A stretch of DNA of 64,000 nucleotides, taken from Halobacteriovoraceae bacterium (GTDB lineage Bacteria; Bdellovibrionota; Bacteriovoracia; Bacteriovoracales; Bacteriovoracaceae). Below are positions 47,117 through 57,219 of the stretch, one piece after another. Both the position numbers and the translations under genes were made by a program. Each line of letters opens with the position of its first letter. Position 1 is the first letter of the stretch. The notes under the pieces were generated by a model. It searched no databases. It was not told where the DNA came from and worked only from the letters and a program-made list of their open reading frames with translations. The stretch covers positions 480,001 through 544,000 of the forward strand of contig CAVRCF010000001.1 of NCBI GenBank assembly GCA_963719505.1, written 5' to 3'.

Positions 47117-49713
47117 TATAAAGCCTTGAGTTGTTCTTCTACTTTAAGAAGAAATTGTTCAGTTTTTCCAATAGAGCCAGATCCCTGTGCCATATCTGGG
47201 CGACCGCCACCACGTCCATCAACAATAGCTTGAGCATTCTTTATGACCGCTGAACAATTAATCGACTTGTTAGACTTGTGAGTTCTTAAAATATAGGAGA
47301 GCTTCTCGCTGTCTTCTGTGTAAATGAGTAAAACATCTTTTTCATTTTGATCTACAAATTTATCAGAAAGGTTTCGAAACTCCTTAGGGTCTCCATCTTT
47401 TAGATGGACACTTACGAGTCCAAAATCTTTTCCTATATCTTTTGTATTATTGAAAAGACTTTTTCCTTGGGCTGATTGAATTTTATCTTTTAGTCCCTTA
47501 ATTCTTTTGCTTTTAGCTTTGAGGTCACTTTGAAGTGCCTCAATCTTTTTGAGAACCTCGTCACCTTTGACGGAAAAATCGAGTTCTATTTGCGATAAAA
47601 TCTTTGATCTTTTATTGAGATAATTAAAAGCGGAAGAGCTTACGAAAGCCTCAATTCTTCTTACTCCACTTGAAAGTGAGGTCTCAAAATTAATGACAAA
47701 CTGACCAATTTCTTTTGTCGATGAAACGTGTGTTCCTCCACACAACTCAATAGAGAAGTCTCCCATTTCTAAAACTCTAACTTCATCACCATACTTTTCA
47801 CCAAAAAGTGCCATGGCTCCTTTTTGGTTAGCTTCATCTTTGGTCATTACTGATGCTGTAACATCTAAGTCTTCTTGAATCTTTAAATTAACAAGCTTTT
47901 CAATAGATGTAATTTGTTTCTTTGTTAGTGCTTCGGGGTGTGTAAAATCAAAACGTAAACGATCAAATGAAACACTTGAACCAGCCTGTTTTACGTGATC
48001 TCCAAGAACATTAATAAGAGCAGCTTGAAGAAGGTGAGTTGCTGAGTGATGATAAGTCGTTTGCTGTCTTGTGCCTTTGGACACGACAAGATCTGCAGTC
48101 TCACCGACTTTTAGTGTCGAACAGTCTTGTGTTGTGATATGTGCGAATAAGCCTTCTACAGGCTTAATTGTATCAACGATGTCAATCGAACCATTGATGC
48201 TTCCTTTGTCACCAGCTTGTCCACCACCCTCACCATAAAAAGGTGTCTTGTCGAAAAATAGATAAGTCGTATCTTCAACAATTTCTTTGTGAAGTAATTT
48301 AGATTTCGCATTCAATTCTTTGTAACCAGTAAAGACGGTTTCACCAATAGATTCTTTAATCTTATAGAAAACTTCAATATTCGAATCGTCAGCGGCAAAC
48401 TTATTTGTTTTTCTTGAACTTTTTCTTTGTTCTTCCATTGATTCTTCAAAACCAGAAGTGTCTATTTCTATCTTTCTTTCCTTTAAAATGACCTCTGTTA
48501 GATCAAAAGGGAAGCCGTAAGTGTCGTATAGTTTGAAGGCTATCTCTCCAGGAAATACATTGTTTTTGATATTGGGAATTTCCTTTTTTATAAGATCCAA
48601 CCCTGTCTTAAGCGTTTGTCTAAACTTGTCTTCTTCAATCTTTAATAATTTTTCTGCTAAAGAGGCGTTGGCCTGGTTTTGTGGATATTCATTTGCAAGA
48701 GATTCAAAAACTGATGGAACAAGTTGATAAAACTTAGAGTCACTCACCCCAAGCTCTTCCATATTTCTGATGGCTCTTCTAATAATCCTTCTGAGAACAT
48801 AGCCTCTGCCATCACTTGCTGGCATAACTCCATCAGTGATAAGCATTGTGGCTGACCTTATATGATCGGCGATGACTCGCATGCTTGAAGTGTATTTTGT
48901 GTCGCTATACTTTTTGCCAGATAGTTTTTCAATGGCGTTTATAATAGGGGTGAATGCATCAGAATCGTAGTTCCAGTATACATTTTGCATAACAGCTGCA
49001 ATTCTTTCAAGGCCGGCTCCCGTATCGACCGAAGGTTTTGGAAGACTTCTTCTTTTTATGTCAGAGCCCTCTTTGTACTTTTCATATTGCATGAAAACGA
49101 GATTCCAGATTTCTACGTACCGTCCCTCATCGTTTAAAAGGCACTCGCTAGTGTCAGCTCCATCAGAATATGCTTCTCCGTGATCATAAAAAATTTCACT
49201 ACAAGGACCACAAGGACCTGTGTCACCCATCTCCCAGAAGTTATCCTTGTCTCCGAGAAAGAAAATTTTCTCTTTAGGGACACCCTCTTGTTCCATCCAA
49301 ATATCAGCGGCTTCTTGATCAGTGGTATGCACAGTCACATATAACTTTTCCTCAGGTATTTTTAATTCCTTCGTTAGAAATTTCCATGCAAAGTGGATAG
49401 CTTCTTTTTTAAAGTAGTCGCCAAAGGAGAAGTTTCCACACATTTCAAAAAAAGTATGGTGCCTGGCCGTGAATCCAACGTTTTCAAGGTCATTGTGCTT
49501 ACCTCCGGCCCTAACACATTTTTGAATGGTTGTGGCTCTTGGATTGCTGGCTTGGGCTTTGCCGGTAAAATAGTCCTTAAACTGATTCATTCCAGCATTT
49601 GCAAAAAGAAGAGTTGGGTCGTTTTGGGGAACTAGTGAAGAAGACTCCAGTTTGTCATGTCCATTATCGGTAAAAAATTTTGTAAATCGATCTCTAATTT
49701 CTTGAGCTTTCAT
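47116..49713 (-). CDS. alaS: Alanyl-tRNA synthetase
   Basis: DPTLLFANAGMNQFK, RHHTFFEM, DTGAGLER, HSATHLL, ELCGGTH, GRGGGRPDMAQG. Confidence 0.98.
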   Translation of the reverse strand: MKAQEIRDRFTKFFTDNGHDKLESSSLVPQNDPTLLFANAGMNQFKDYFTGKAQASNPRATTIQKCVRAGGKHNDLENVGFTARHHTFFEMCGNFSFGDYFKKEAIHFAWKFLTKELKIPEEKLYVTVHTTDQEAADIWMEQEGVPKEKIFFLGDKDNFWEMGDTGPCGPCSEIFYDHGEAYSDGADTSECLLNDEGRYVEIWNLVFMQYEKYKEGSDIKRRSLPKPSVDTGAGLERIAAVMQNVYWNYDSDAFTPIINAIEKLSGKKYSDTKYTSSMRVIADHIRSATMLITDGVMPASDGRGYVLRRIIRRAIRNMEELGVSDSKFYQLVPSVFESLANEYPQNQANASLAEKLLKIEEDKFRQTLKTGLDLIKKEIPNIKNNVFPGEIAFKLYDTYGFPFDLTEVILKERKIEIDTSGFEESMEEQRKSSRKTNKFAADDSNIEVFYKIKESIGETVFTGYKELNAKSKLLHKEIVEDTTYLFFDKTPFYGEGGGQAGDKGSINGSIDIVDTIKPVEGLFAHITTQDCSTLKVGETADLVVSKGTRQQTTYHHSATHLLQAALINVLGDHVKQAGSSVSFDRLRFDFTHPEALTKKQITSIEKLVNLKIQEDLDVTASVMTKDEANQKGAMALFGEKYGDEVRVLEMGDFSIELCGGTHVSSTKEIGQFVINFETSLSSGVRRIEAFVSSSAFNYLNKRSKILSQIELDFSVKGDEVLKKIEALQSDLKAKSKRIKGLKDKIQSAQGKSLFNNTKDIGKDFGLVSVHLKDGDPKEFRNLSDKFVDQNEKDVLLIYTEDSEKLSYILRTHKSNKSINCSAVIKNAQAIVDGRGGGRPDMAQGSGSIGKTEQFLLKVEEQLKAL

Positions 49714-49819
49714 GCCTCTCCTACTAAAAAATAACTACATTATTTTTAACACATTTCGCTTCTTAATGAAATTTTGAAATTTAGGCTTTTACGCGATTCT
49801 ATGGCAAAATAGTTCTACT

Positions 49820-50812
49820 ATGAAAATTACAGTGATCATATTAACCCATCATCGTCTGGAGCTCGTCAGGGCTTGCTTAAAAAGTATCGAAGAGCAACAC
49901 TTTGTGCCTTATGAATTAGAAATTGTTGCACTGCTTAACGGCCAAGATCAGGAAACATTCGATTATTTGCAGAACTATCAAAATCTAAATGAAAGCTTTA
50001 AATTCAGTGCCTTAGATCAATCCGTTCCCGTCGGTGAAGCGAGGAATATCCTCATTGAGCATTCCACAGGAGAATATATTTGCTTTATTGATGACGACGT
50101 AGAACTCCCACCAAACTATTTTAAGCTGGCCAGTCAGATCATTGAAAACGACAGTCAAATCGATGTTTTTGGTGGCCCCGACCAGATGAAAGATTCTAGC
50201 TCAGTCTTTCAAGAGGTTCTCTCAAGTGTCATGGAAAGCTTTTTTGCTATGGGCCCGACTGCGAAAAGGCATAGCAAAAAATTTCAAGTCCAAAAGGGTT
50301 CAGAAATAAATCTTATTTTGTGTAATCTTTGGATGAAAAAAGAAATTTTCTCACAAGGATACAAATTTCCCAGTGGCTTTCGAAGAAATGAAGAAAATAT
50401 TTTAATTGCCCATCTACAAAGAGACGGTAAGAAACTTATTTATAACCCTGAACTCTTTGTTTACCATGAAAGAAAGAGTTCAATTAAGAAACTAATAAAA
50501 GTGACCTATTTGTCTGGTCAATTTAGAACTTATGGCTTTTTTAAAGAGCCGGCGACATTTAACTTCGTTTTTATGATTCCACAAATCTTTCTTTCACTTT
50601 TTATAATTTTTAGGTTCATGGGTCCTGCGTTTATTAAAGTCTACTGCCTCGCATACCTCCTTACTATCTGTTTAATAGCAATTTTTCTTGTAAGAAGAAA
50701 GTTTTCAATACCCAAGGCTATATCAGCTATGCTTATACTTATGAGCTATCATTTTTCATATTCGATTGGACAGTTTAGTGGTTATGTAAAAAAGTTAAGA
50801 GAGGTTTTATGA
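49820..50812 (+). CDS. GT2 family glycosyltransferase with C-terminal TM helices
   Basis: ITVIILTH, GEARN, YICFIDDD (DxD), RRNEE, VYHER; hydrophobic C-terminus. Confidence 0.9.
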   Translation: MKITVIILTHHRLELVRACLKSIEEQHFVPYELEIVALLNGQDQETFDYLQNYQNLNESFKFSALDQSVPVGEARNILIEHSTGEYICFIDDDVELPPNYFKLASQIIENDSQIDVFGGPDQMKDSSSVFQEVLSSVMESFFAMGPTAKRHSKKFQVQKGSEINLILCNLWMKKEIFSQGYKFPSGFRRNEENILIAHLQRDGKKLIYNPELFVYHERKSSIKKLIKVTYLSGQFRTYGFFKEPATFNFVFMIPQIFLSLFIIFRFMGPAFIKVYCLAYLLTICLIAIFLVRRKFSIPKAISAMLILMSYHFSYSIGQFSGYVKKLREVL

Positions 50813-51819
50813 AAACAAGTTATACCTTTTTTGGATTTAAAGTCCTGGTTAGATCAGAAGAAGAAGAATTGATAAAAGTTATCGACCAAAATTTTTCTCT
50901 TTTTAAGAATAATGACAACAGTTCTGCAGATCTTATTATTGATGCGTCCTTGGACGTAAGCCTCGAAGGTAAAATTCCAAATGATCTCGTTTCAATAAAA
51001 CAGTCTATCAACTCTGTTAGTTACCAAGAAAATAGTGTGAGATACAATGACTACTATGGGAAAGCTATAACTAAGATTGATTACGCCGAAAATAAAGCTG
51101 AGATTTGGGCAAGTGATTTAAACAGCCTCCACGAACTAACTTACCTTTTAATAATGTCAAGACAGGGGAAGTGGTGTGACAAAAAAGGAATTCATAAAAT
51201 CCATGCCATGGGAATAAAAGGGGAAAATAAGAATCTTTTACTCATGCTTCCTATGAAAGGTGGAAAGTCTACAATGTTTGCAAGATTTTTGAGCGAGACA
51301 GAATTCAGTCTTATATCTGATGATTCTCCTGTTATTAATCATGATGGCAGTGTCTCGAATTTCAATATTAGATTTGGTTTAGAAAACAAACCCATGTATG
51401 AACCTTTATTAAGCAAGATTGATAAGCAATACGTTTTTTCCCTCTTTAGAGAGCAATATGGAGAAAAAACTTTAATTGATTTTAAGGCGTTTGAAAGTAG
51501 GATTGAAGAGCCTCACCTTGAGTCAATACTGATACAAGGTGTACGGGTTAATAATGATAAAATAGAAATAAAAAAAATAAATAAGATAAGAATGTTTAAT
51601 TATGTTTTTATCAATATGACTATTGGTGTTGGACTTCCAATGATCATTGAATACTTTATTGAGAATAGCCTTCGGGATCACGCTGGCAATATCCTAATTT
51701 TTTTAAAAAGGCTCAAAGCAAGTCTTATGTTGATCGCTCGTTCAGATTGTTACTTTGCCCTAATGGGAAAAGACATACAGAAGAATTTTAAAGCATTAGA
51801 GGCTTTAGCGAGGAAGTGA
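50809..51819 (+). CDS. HPr-kinase-related P-loop kinase
   Basis: IHAMGI, LLLMLPMKGGKST (variant Walker A) and LISDD occur in the HPrK order; overlaps the GT2 stop codon. Confidence 0.7.
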   Translation: MKTSYTFFGFKVLVRSEEEELIKVIDQNFSLFKNNDNSSADLIIDASLDVSLEGKIPNDLVSIKQSINSVSYQENSVRYNDYYGKAITKIDYAENKAEIWASDLNSLHELTYLLIMSRQGKWCDKKGIHKIHAMGIKGENKNLLLMLPMKGGKSTMFARFLSETEFSLISDDSPVINHDGSVSNFNIRFGLENKPMYEPLLSKIDKQYVFSLFREQYGEKTLIDFKAFESRIEEPHLESILIQGVRVNNDKIEIKKINKIRMFNYVFINMTIGVGLPMIIEYFIENSLRDHAGNILIFLKRLKASLMLIARSDCYFALMGKDIQKNFKALEALARK

Positions 51820-53355
51820 ATATAGTTTCATCTCGTTCATTTTGAATCCTTGTAGCCCAAGAGAATCTAAATAGGAAAAATACCTCTTTTTTGTTGTGTT
51901 AAACCCTTCCAGATCTTTTAACTCGTAGTGAAGGAACAAAAGAGTTTTAAAGATTGGAACCTTATTGTGAGCTTCTGCTAAGAGTTTGAAACTTAATATT
52001 TCTGCAGATCTATAATTTCTTTTTTCAATTTCAATCTGGATGAGGTACTCGAGAAGGATTTTCGATTTAGGAGTCTCTGACAAATTTTCAAAGAAGTAGT
52101 CACGAGTTTTGTTAAGTCTGATATTATTTGAGAGAGTTTGACCTACGAGCAGTATTAAAAGAAGTGAGCAAATTGAAAGAAATATTTTTTGTTTCTTCAT
52201 GTCAAATGTTGAAAGCGCTAATAGAAAAAATGCAAGTGATGTATAAAACCAGTGGTCAGCCACTGACGAGTGCTCCATGTAGGTAACATAAAAGAGTCCA
52301 CTTGTTGGAATGAAAAATAGCATTGAGGCGAGTAAATACTTTCTTGTTGGTTTAAAGAGTATAAAAACAGTCAAGAAACCAAAGCAAAAGATAATATTGA
52401 TAAAATGACTTAACTTACTAAATGGAGGATAGACGAGCCAGTTTTTAGTAAGACCAAGGGAAGACTTTACGTAAAAGCCAAGGTGGCTAAAAAAGTTGAG
52501 AGATTTCATCCCTATGACCTCTAAGCTCATCTGGTTTGGTAAAAATGAGACAAAGTAATCGATATATCTTGATGACAAACTTAACTGATCTCTCTTTGAC
52601 TGTAACTCAGAGGTCGTCTTCATTTTTTTCTCATCTGCTCTGTAGTCTGGTGCCTCAGAATAGAACTCACGAACGTTTAATGTATTTGAGCCTGATGCTG
52701 TTACTCCTTTGATGTTCTGAATACCAACGTAAATTGATAGTGAAATGAAGGGAATAAGAATAAGAATATTATGTTTTATTGATCTATTTTTTGTCGGAAT
52801 GAGAACAGGAAAGAGAATTCCTATCGATTTCGTAAAGAGAGACACAGCAAATAGCCAGAAACTTTTATGAACCGAAGTGTTGATATAACGAAAAGCTAGA
52901 ATAATAAATGTAGTGGCTAAAAGTGTTTTTAGTTGAAAAATCCAAAAAATATTTTCAACAGCTAATGGATGAAATAAAAAAAGTAAGAAAATGAACTTCG
53001 AGTTAAAATGACCACTCCTGTCACAGAGATTTTTTAATAAATAGGCATTTAGAAGGTGAATACTTGCGTTTACTAGGCGATAAAGTAAAAACTTTGTCCC
53101 AAAAACCTTAAAGAGAAGCCAAAATACACTATAGGTTAGAGGCCACGCCTTGTAAGAGTCTGACGTAAGATCCCAAAAAACGAAAGGATGATTCGTACTG
53201 GTAACGTGACTATTCTTAAAGATATAGACGTAATCATCCCCAAATGGAGTCGATCCAGCTGAAATTAAGTAAATTAGGTAAAACACAGAGATGACGACAG
53301 GGAAAAATATCTTGTTCTCAGTTACTTTTATCGCCAAATTGTTATAAAATTCCAT
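51805..53355 (-). CDS. TMTC-like (GT-C fold) integral membrane glycosyltransferase
   Basis: GDDYVYI (DD motif), WPLTY, NASIHLLN, FLFHPLAVENIFWI, LFTK, VADHWFY; many TM segments and a TPR-like tail. Confidence 0.75.
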   Translation of the reverse strand: MEFYNNLAIKVTENKIFFPVVISVFYLIYLISAGSTPFGDDYVYIFKNSHVTSTNHPFVFWDLTSDSYKAWPLTYSVFWLLFKVFGTKFLLYRLVNASIHLLNAYLLKNLCDRSGHFNSKFIFLLFLFHPLAVENIFWIFQLKTLLATTFIILAFRYINTSVHKSFWLFAVSLFTKSIGILFPVLIPTKNRSIKHNILILIPFISLSIYVGIQNIKGVTASGSNTLNVREFYSEAPDYRADEKKMKTTSELQSKRDQLSLSSRYIDYFVSFLPNQMSLEVIGMKSLNFFSHLGFYVKSSLGLTKNWLVYPPFSKLSHFINIIFCFGFLTVFILFKPTRKYLLASMLFFIPTSGLFYVTYMEHSSVADHWFYTSLAFFLLALSTFDMKKQKIFLSICSLLLILLVGQTLSNNIRLNKTRDYFFENLSETPKSKILLEYLIQIEIEKRNYRSAEILSFKLLAEAHNKVPIFKTLLFLHYELKDLEGFNTTKKRYFSYLDSLGLQGFKMNEMKLYSLPR

Positions 53356-53423
53356 ATATAATAAAATATATTAATCTCTAACTAATTGAAAGTTAAATAT
53401 AATAGGTTGCGTATAGGAGTTCG

Positions 53424-56120
53424 ATGGAGTCCTTAATTTCAGGTCTGCAGCATTTACGGAATATACCAGGTTTGAGAAAACTTATTCGCCTCTATTATAG
53501 AAAAGGCGAAGCTAAATTAATTAGTAAGCTGTCTTCAATAGAATCCATTGGTTCAATTTACCTGAAGTCCAATTTAAACTCAGCAAGCTTCGATTTCGGT
53601 TTAAGTGATCTAGACTTTGTTATCGTTGTAAAAAATAAAGAACAAGAAAAAGAAATTTCACATATTTTTTCTATCCTAAGCCGTCTCTATCCTTTTATTA
53701 AAGATTATGATTTGTTTACCCTTAATGAGTTAACTTTTTTGACTGAGTTTGGTACTACAAAGTTTTCTAATCATGATGAATGGAAGTTATGTTTTGGAGA
53801 GAAACTTGAGTTGCCCAACTATTATTATCACCCTTTTAAATTTTATTGTGATCAAATTGATGAACTCTATTTTCTCGTTCTTTGGTTATATGAAAACTTA
53901 AAGGTTAGAAAAAGCGGATATCGTAAGATTGCGATTATTCGAACTTTAAAGAAAATTTTCTCTGTCATAGAGTGGATAGAAAATCCAAAAAAGTTTTCTC
54001 GACCAATGAAACAGAAGTTCTCACAAGATGAGACCTTATTGCTTGAAAGTGTTTACAAATCTTCTTTCAAAGATAATTGGATTAATTATATTCAAGGTAT
54101 AAAATTCTTTGAAGAGTATAGTTCACTTATTCAAAGCTCTTTTATGGTTGGTGAAGACCTCTCCTTTCCCCGAGACTTCGAAAGATATTGTTTTTCTGAT
54201 CACATCTCTTCAAAAAAAGTTGTTCATATTAGCCAGGCTCTTTACGAGAATTTTTATCTGTGTGGATCAATCGACCCAAGTCTTTTAGAGCGGGTTTCAG
54301 ATAGGAACCCTTCTCATCCCTATGGTGCCCTTTTAGAACTTAGAGCACATGCACTTGCTATAAGTGGACTTCATTCAAGTTACAATTTTTCAAAAAGATC
54401 ATTGAAATTAGAGACCGTCGTCGCAGACGTTCACAAAATTAACTCCACTTTTAAGGAGCCAATAAAATTCCTTGGTTCTAGTAACTTAGTTTCTGTCCAT
54501 TGGGGTGAGTCAAAGCAAAGAGAGATTGCTGTTGCAGTGGCGAAGCATTTCCTCACAAAGCAAAAAGGGAACTTTAATCATATTCATGTGTCTTTGGGTG
54601 AGGACAAGCAATGCTTCTATGGAGTGGATGAAATCTGGATTGATTGTGATCCAGGGCAGGCATGGCATAAAGAAGCCTTATATAATTTTGCTTTCTATTT
54701 TTGCTTTGGAGCTAAAAAATATATCTTTTCTGATGCAGAGGTTTATTGTGAAAAGGAAACGTGGCTAGAATCAACATTTAACTCTCTTGATCATAAAGAC
54801 TTTGTTCACGGTTTTCGAAAAGTGGTCGACTCTGAAGATTCTACTTACAATGATTATTCATGGACCTATAAACAGACTAAACTTAGTGGTGGTAACTCAG
54901 CTCAGGGGCTTGTCTGGGGAGTCACGTCCAAGCTTCTTCAGAGAATTGGTGGTATTCCCGACTACTGTCCTGATGGGAGTAACGACTCCTTGTTTGTTGA
55001 GACAGTAACAGGAATTCCCATGGGCCTTTCGAGTAGTGCATCTTGGTACTACGGAGATTCCTTTTCAGTGGTAGAAGATGTCGAGTATGGATTTGCTGAT
55101 TTTGAAGTCATCCACGTCAATCATGGAAAACAGAGGCTTTACTCAAACAGAATGGAAGTTATGGGGATAGTTGGGAATTATCTTAGATCGTTATTTTCAA
55201 AAAACTCGATTGGTATATTTCAAAATGTTAATAAGACTAACAAGATTCCGCCCTTTGGTGATCTCTTTGAGTTATCTATAAATAAGACTTTGCCACTTCT
55301 CAATAACCTCAGAAAAGAAAATTTCATTAAAGACCCAGACCTACTTTTTTTGCGCTTTGGTGATGGATTGGAGTCAAATATTCGTTTCATTAACTGCCTT
55401 GGTGTTTGTGAACATTTAGACGGAGAAGATATTTTAAAAATAGGATCTTTCGTTAACGAAAAGAGTAAGATTGTTATTCACTATAAACTAAAAGATCTAA
55501 TTTTGACTGAACTTCGCGCTGTTCGTTTTATTTTTAACCCACTAGAGGAAAAAGAACAAAAGCTAACTGGCAAGGCTTTTATTGATTGGAAAGAAGAGCC
55601 ATTTTGTAACAACCTAGCACGAGTAAGTACTGAAGTACTCCCTTTCGAGTATTTAGTTCTTGGGCTTAAAGATATATCAGAGCTAAGCTTTGAATTTGAG
55701 TTAAACTACCTAAAACCAAATCAAGTCATTCATCTCCCACGTCCACAGGAGAGCTCTATTAGTATGGTTCACTCTTGGGATGAAGAAAGTGTAATGGATA
55801 ATATTATTCATAATTCAAAGGACGAATATATTGAAATGCCTGACTTTCTCGAGTCTGATCACTGGTATGCTTTAGAGATAGATTGCTCTAACGTCAAAGA
55901 CCAGTGCTACTCTGCAGGCTTTTATTTCGGAGCTGATCTAAAGTCAGTAACGCAACTTCGATACTTCTCAAATACAACTGATAAATATCAACGAATTCAA
56001 GTCTTACTGACAAAAGACTTAGGTCTTTTAAAGCTTGGTTTACACTTCGAAAAAGCTGGTGGCGGGGAATCCATTAGTATTAAGATTCTCAAAAGGTCTA
56101 ATTTAAGTTCCAGTCAATAG
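53424..56120 (+). CDS. Fusion of a Pol-beta-type nucleotidyltransferase-like domain and a GT-A-like glycosyltransferase domain
   Basis: N-terminal SIYLKS...GLSDLDFVIV; central WHKEALYN...YIFSDAEV...GLVWG...DGSND...IHVNHG; unassigned beta-rich C-terminus. Confidence 0.6.
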   Translation: MESLISGLQHLRNIPGLRKLIRLYYRKGEAKLISKLSSIESIGSIYLKSNLNSASFDFGLSDLDFVIVVKNKEQEKEISHIFSILSRLYPFIKDYDLFTLNELTFLTEFGTTKFSNHDEWKLCFGEKLELPNYYYHPFKFYCDQIDELYFLVLWLYENLKVRKSGYRKIAIIRTLKKIFSVIEWIENPKKFSRPMKQKFSQDETLLLESVYKSSFKDNWINYIQGIKFFEEYSSLIQSSFMVGEDLSFPRDFERYCFSDHISSKKVVHISQALYENFYLCGSIDPSLLERVSDRNPSHPYGALLELRAHALAISGLHSSYNFSKRSLKLETVVADVHKINSTFKEPIKFLGSSNLVSVHWGESKQREIAVAVAKHFLTKQKGNFNHIHVSLGEDKQCFYGVDEIWIDCDPGQAWHKEALYNFAFYFCFGAKKYIFSDAEVYCEKETWLESTFNSLDHKDFVHGFRKVVDSEDSTYNDYSWTYKQTKLSGGNSAQGLVWGVTSKLLQRIGGIPDYCPDGSNDSLFVETVTGIPMGLSSSASWYYGDSFSVVEDVEYGFADFEVIHVNHGKQRLYSNRMEVMGIVGNYLRSLFSKNSIGIFQNVNKTNKIPPFGDLFELSINKTLPLLNNLRKENFIKDPDLLFLRFGDGLESNIRFINCLGVCEHLDGEDILKIGSFVNEKSKIVIHYKLKDLILTELRAVRFIFNPLEEKEQKLTGKAFIDWKEEPFCNNLARVSTEVLPFEYLVLGLKDISELSFEFELNYLKPNQVIHLPRPQESSISMVHSWDEESVMDNIIHNSKDEYIEMPDFLESDHWYALEIDCSNVKDQCYSAGFYFGADLKSVTQLRYFSNTTDKYQRIQVLLTKDLGLLKLGLHFEKAGGGESISIKILKRSNLSSSQ

Positions 56121-56769
56121 GCTTTTTGTTTTGAGAAAGTAAGTACTCGTTAGTTAATGAAAAGTGTTTATTCCCTCTGAATTTTGTGACTGAGAATGGA
56201 GATGGATGTGCAGATTCTAAAACGAGGTGCCTGCTTCGATCTATATGTTCACCTTTCTTCTTTGCATCATTTCCCCATAAGATAAAAACTAACTTTGAAC
56301 CTTTTTCATTTAGATTTCTGATAATCTCGTCTGAGAATATTTCCCATCCCTTTTTTCTGTGAGAGCCAGGTGATGATTTCTCGACTGTAAAAACACTATT
56401 GAGTAAAAGGACACCTTGCTTGGCCCAGTAGGTAAGGTCTCCGTGATCTGGAGGAGATATTTCTAAGTCGGTTTCAATCTCTTTATAAATATTTTTTAAT
56501 GAAGGAGGAATCTTTTGATCTTCCTTAACAGAAAATGAGAGGCCATGTGCTTGACCTTGGCCATGATAAGGATCCTGTCCAATAATAATAACCTTAGTCT
56601 TTTCGAGATCGGCATATTTAAAAGCATTAAAAATATCATGCGCTGGTGGAAAAACTTCCTTTTTCTCATTTTTTTCTTTCTCTAAAAAGGCGAGAAGACT
56701 TTTGAAGTAATCCTTACAAACTTCTTTCTCTATAATTTTGAGCCAGTTCTTTTTAATCCCATGAAACAT
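56098..56769 (-). CDS. ung: Uracil-DNA glycosylase (family 1)
   Basis: GQDPYH, AHGLSFS, PPSLKNI, GVLLLN, HPSP. Start probably ATG 56769. Confidence 0.96.
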   Translation of the reverse strand: MFHGIKKNWLKIIEKEVCKDYFKSLLAFLEKEKNEKKEVFPPAHDIFNAFKYADLEKTKVIIIGQDPYHGQGQAHGLSFSVKEDQKIPPSLKNIYKEIETDLEISPPDHGDLTYWAKQGVLLLNSVFTVEKSSPGSHRKKGWEIFSDEIIRNLNEKGSKLVFILWGNDAKKKGEHIDRSRHLVLESAHPSPFSVTKFRGNKHFSLTNEYLLSQNKKPIDWNLN

Positions 56770-57202
56770 CGTCAACTCCAAGTTCCCTTGAAACAAGGTT
56801 TGGTTCAAATCCTCTTGCTATTAGATAGCGCAAGACTTTTAGCATGCTTTTGCTGTCGTTATCTTTGGATCTTTGTCTGATAGTCTGTTTTAACACATCC
56901 AACTCAAGTATCTGATATTCATCTCTCAATGCGTTGATTTCATCTTCACTAAGGATTAAGCTTTCAGTCTTGAGTTTTGCTAAAATATATCTATTTCCAT
57001 AGCCATTTTTGAGTAAGACGACAGCCCTATTTTCAGAATATCTTCGGTCATTAAGATAGTTTTTCTGTTTTAGTGCTGCAAGTGCATCATCAATTTCTGT
57101 TTTTGAAAATTCTTTCTTCTCTAGTGCAAGTCTAAGTTTACTAGATGAATAGTCTTTTTTTGAAAGTAGTTTTACTGATGTTTGTAAAGCGTTTGATTTC
57201 AT
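56753..57202 (-). CDS. recX: Regulatory protein RecX
   Basis: LLSKKDYS, YLNDRRY, YLIARGF; immediately downstream of recA. Confidence 0.88.
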   Translation of the reverse strand: MKSNALQTSVKLLSKKDYSSSKLRLALEKKEFSKTEIDDALAALKQKNYLNDRRYSENRAVVLLKNGYGNRYILAKLKTESLILSEDEINALRDEYQILELDVLKQTIRQRSKDNDSKSMLKVLRYLIARGFEPNLVSRELGVDDVSWD

Positions 57203-57219
57203 TATTGAGAAGGTGTTGG

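Noticed and set aside
53424-54300. NTase domain as a CBASS CD-NTase or MNT-HEPN antitoxin
   Set aside because: No Cap effector or HEPN gene is adjacent; the context and fused domain are glycosyltransferases.
49820-56120. Lasso peptide cluster or mobile element reading of the glyco block
   Set aside because: No lasso cyclase, peptidase, RRE or precursor ORF, and no integrase, transposase or flanking repeats seen.
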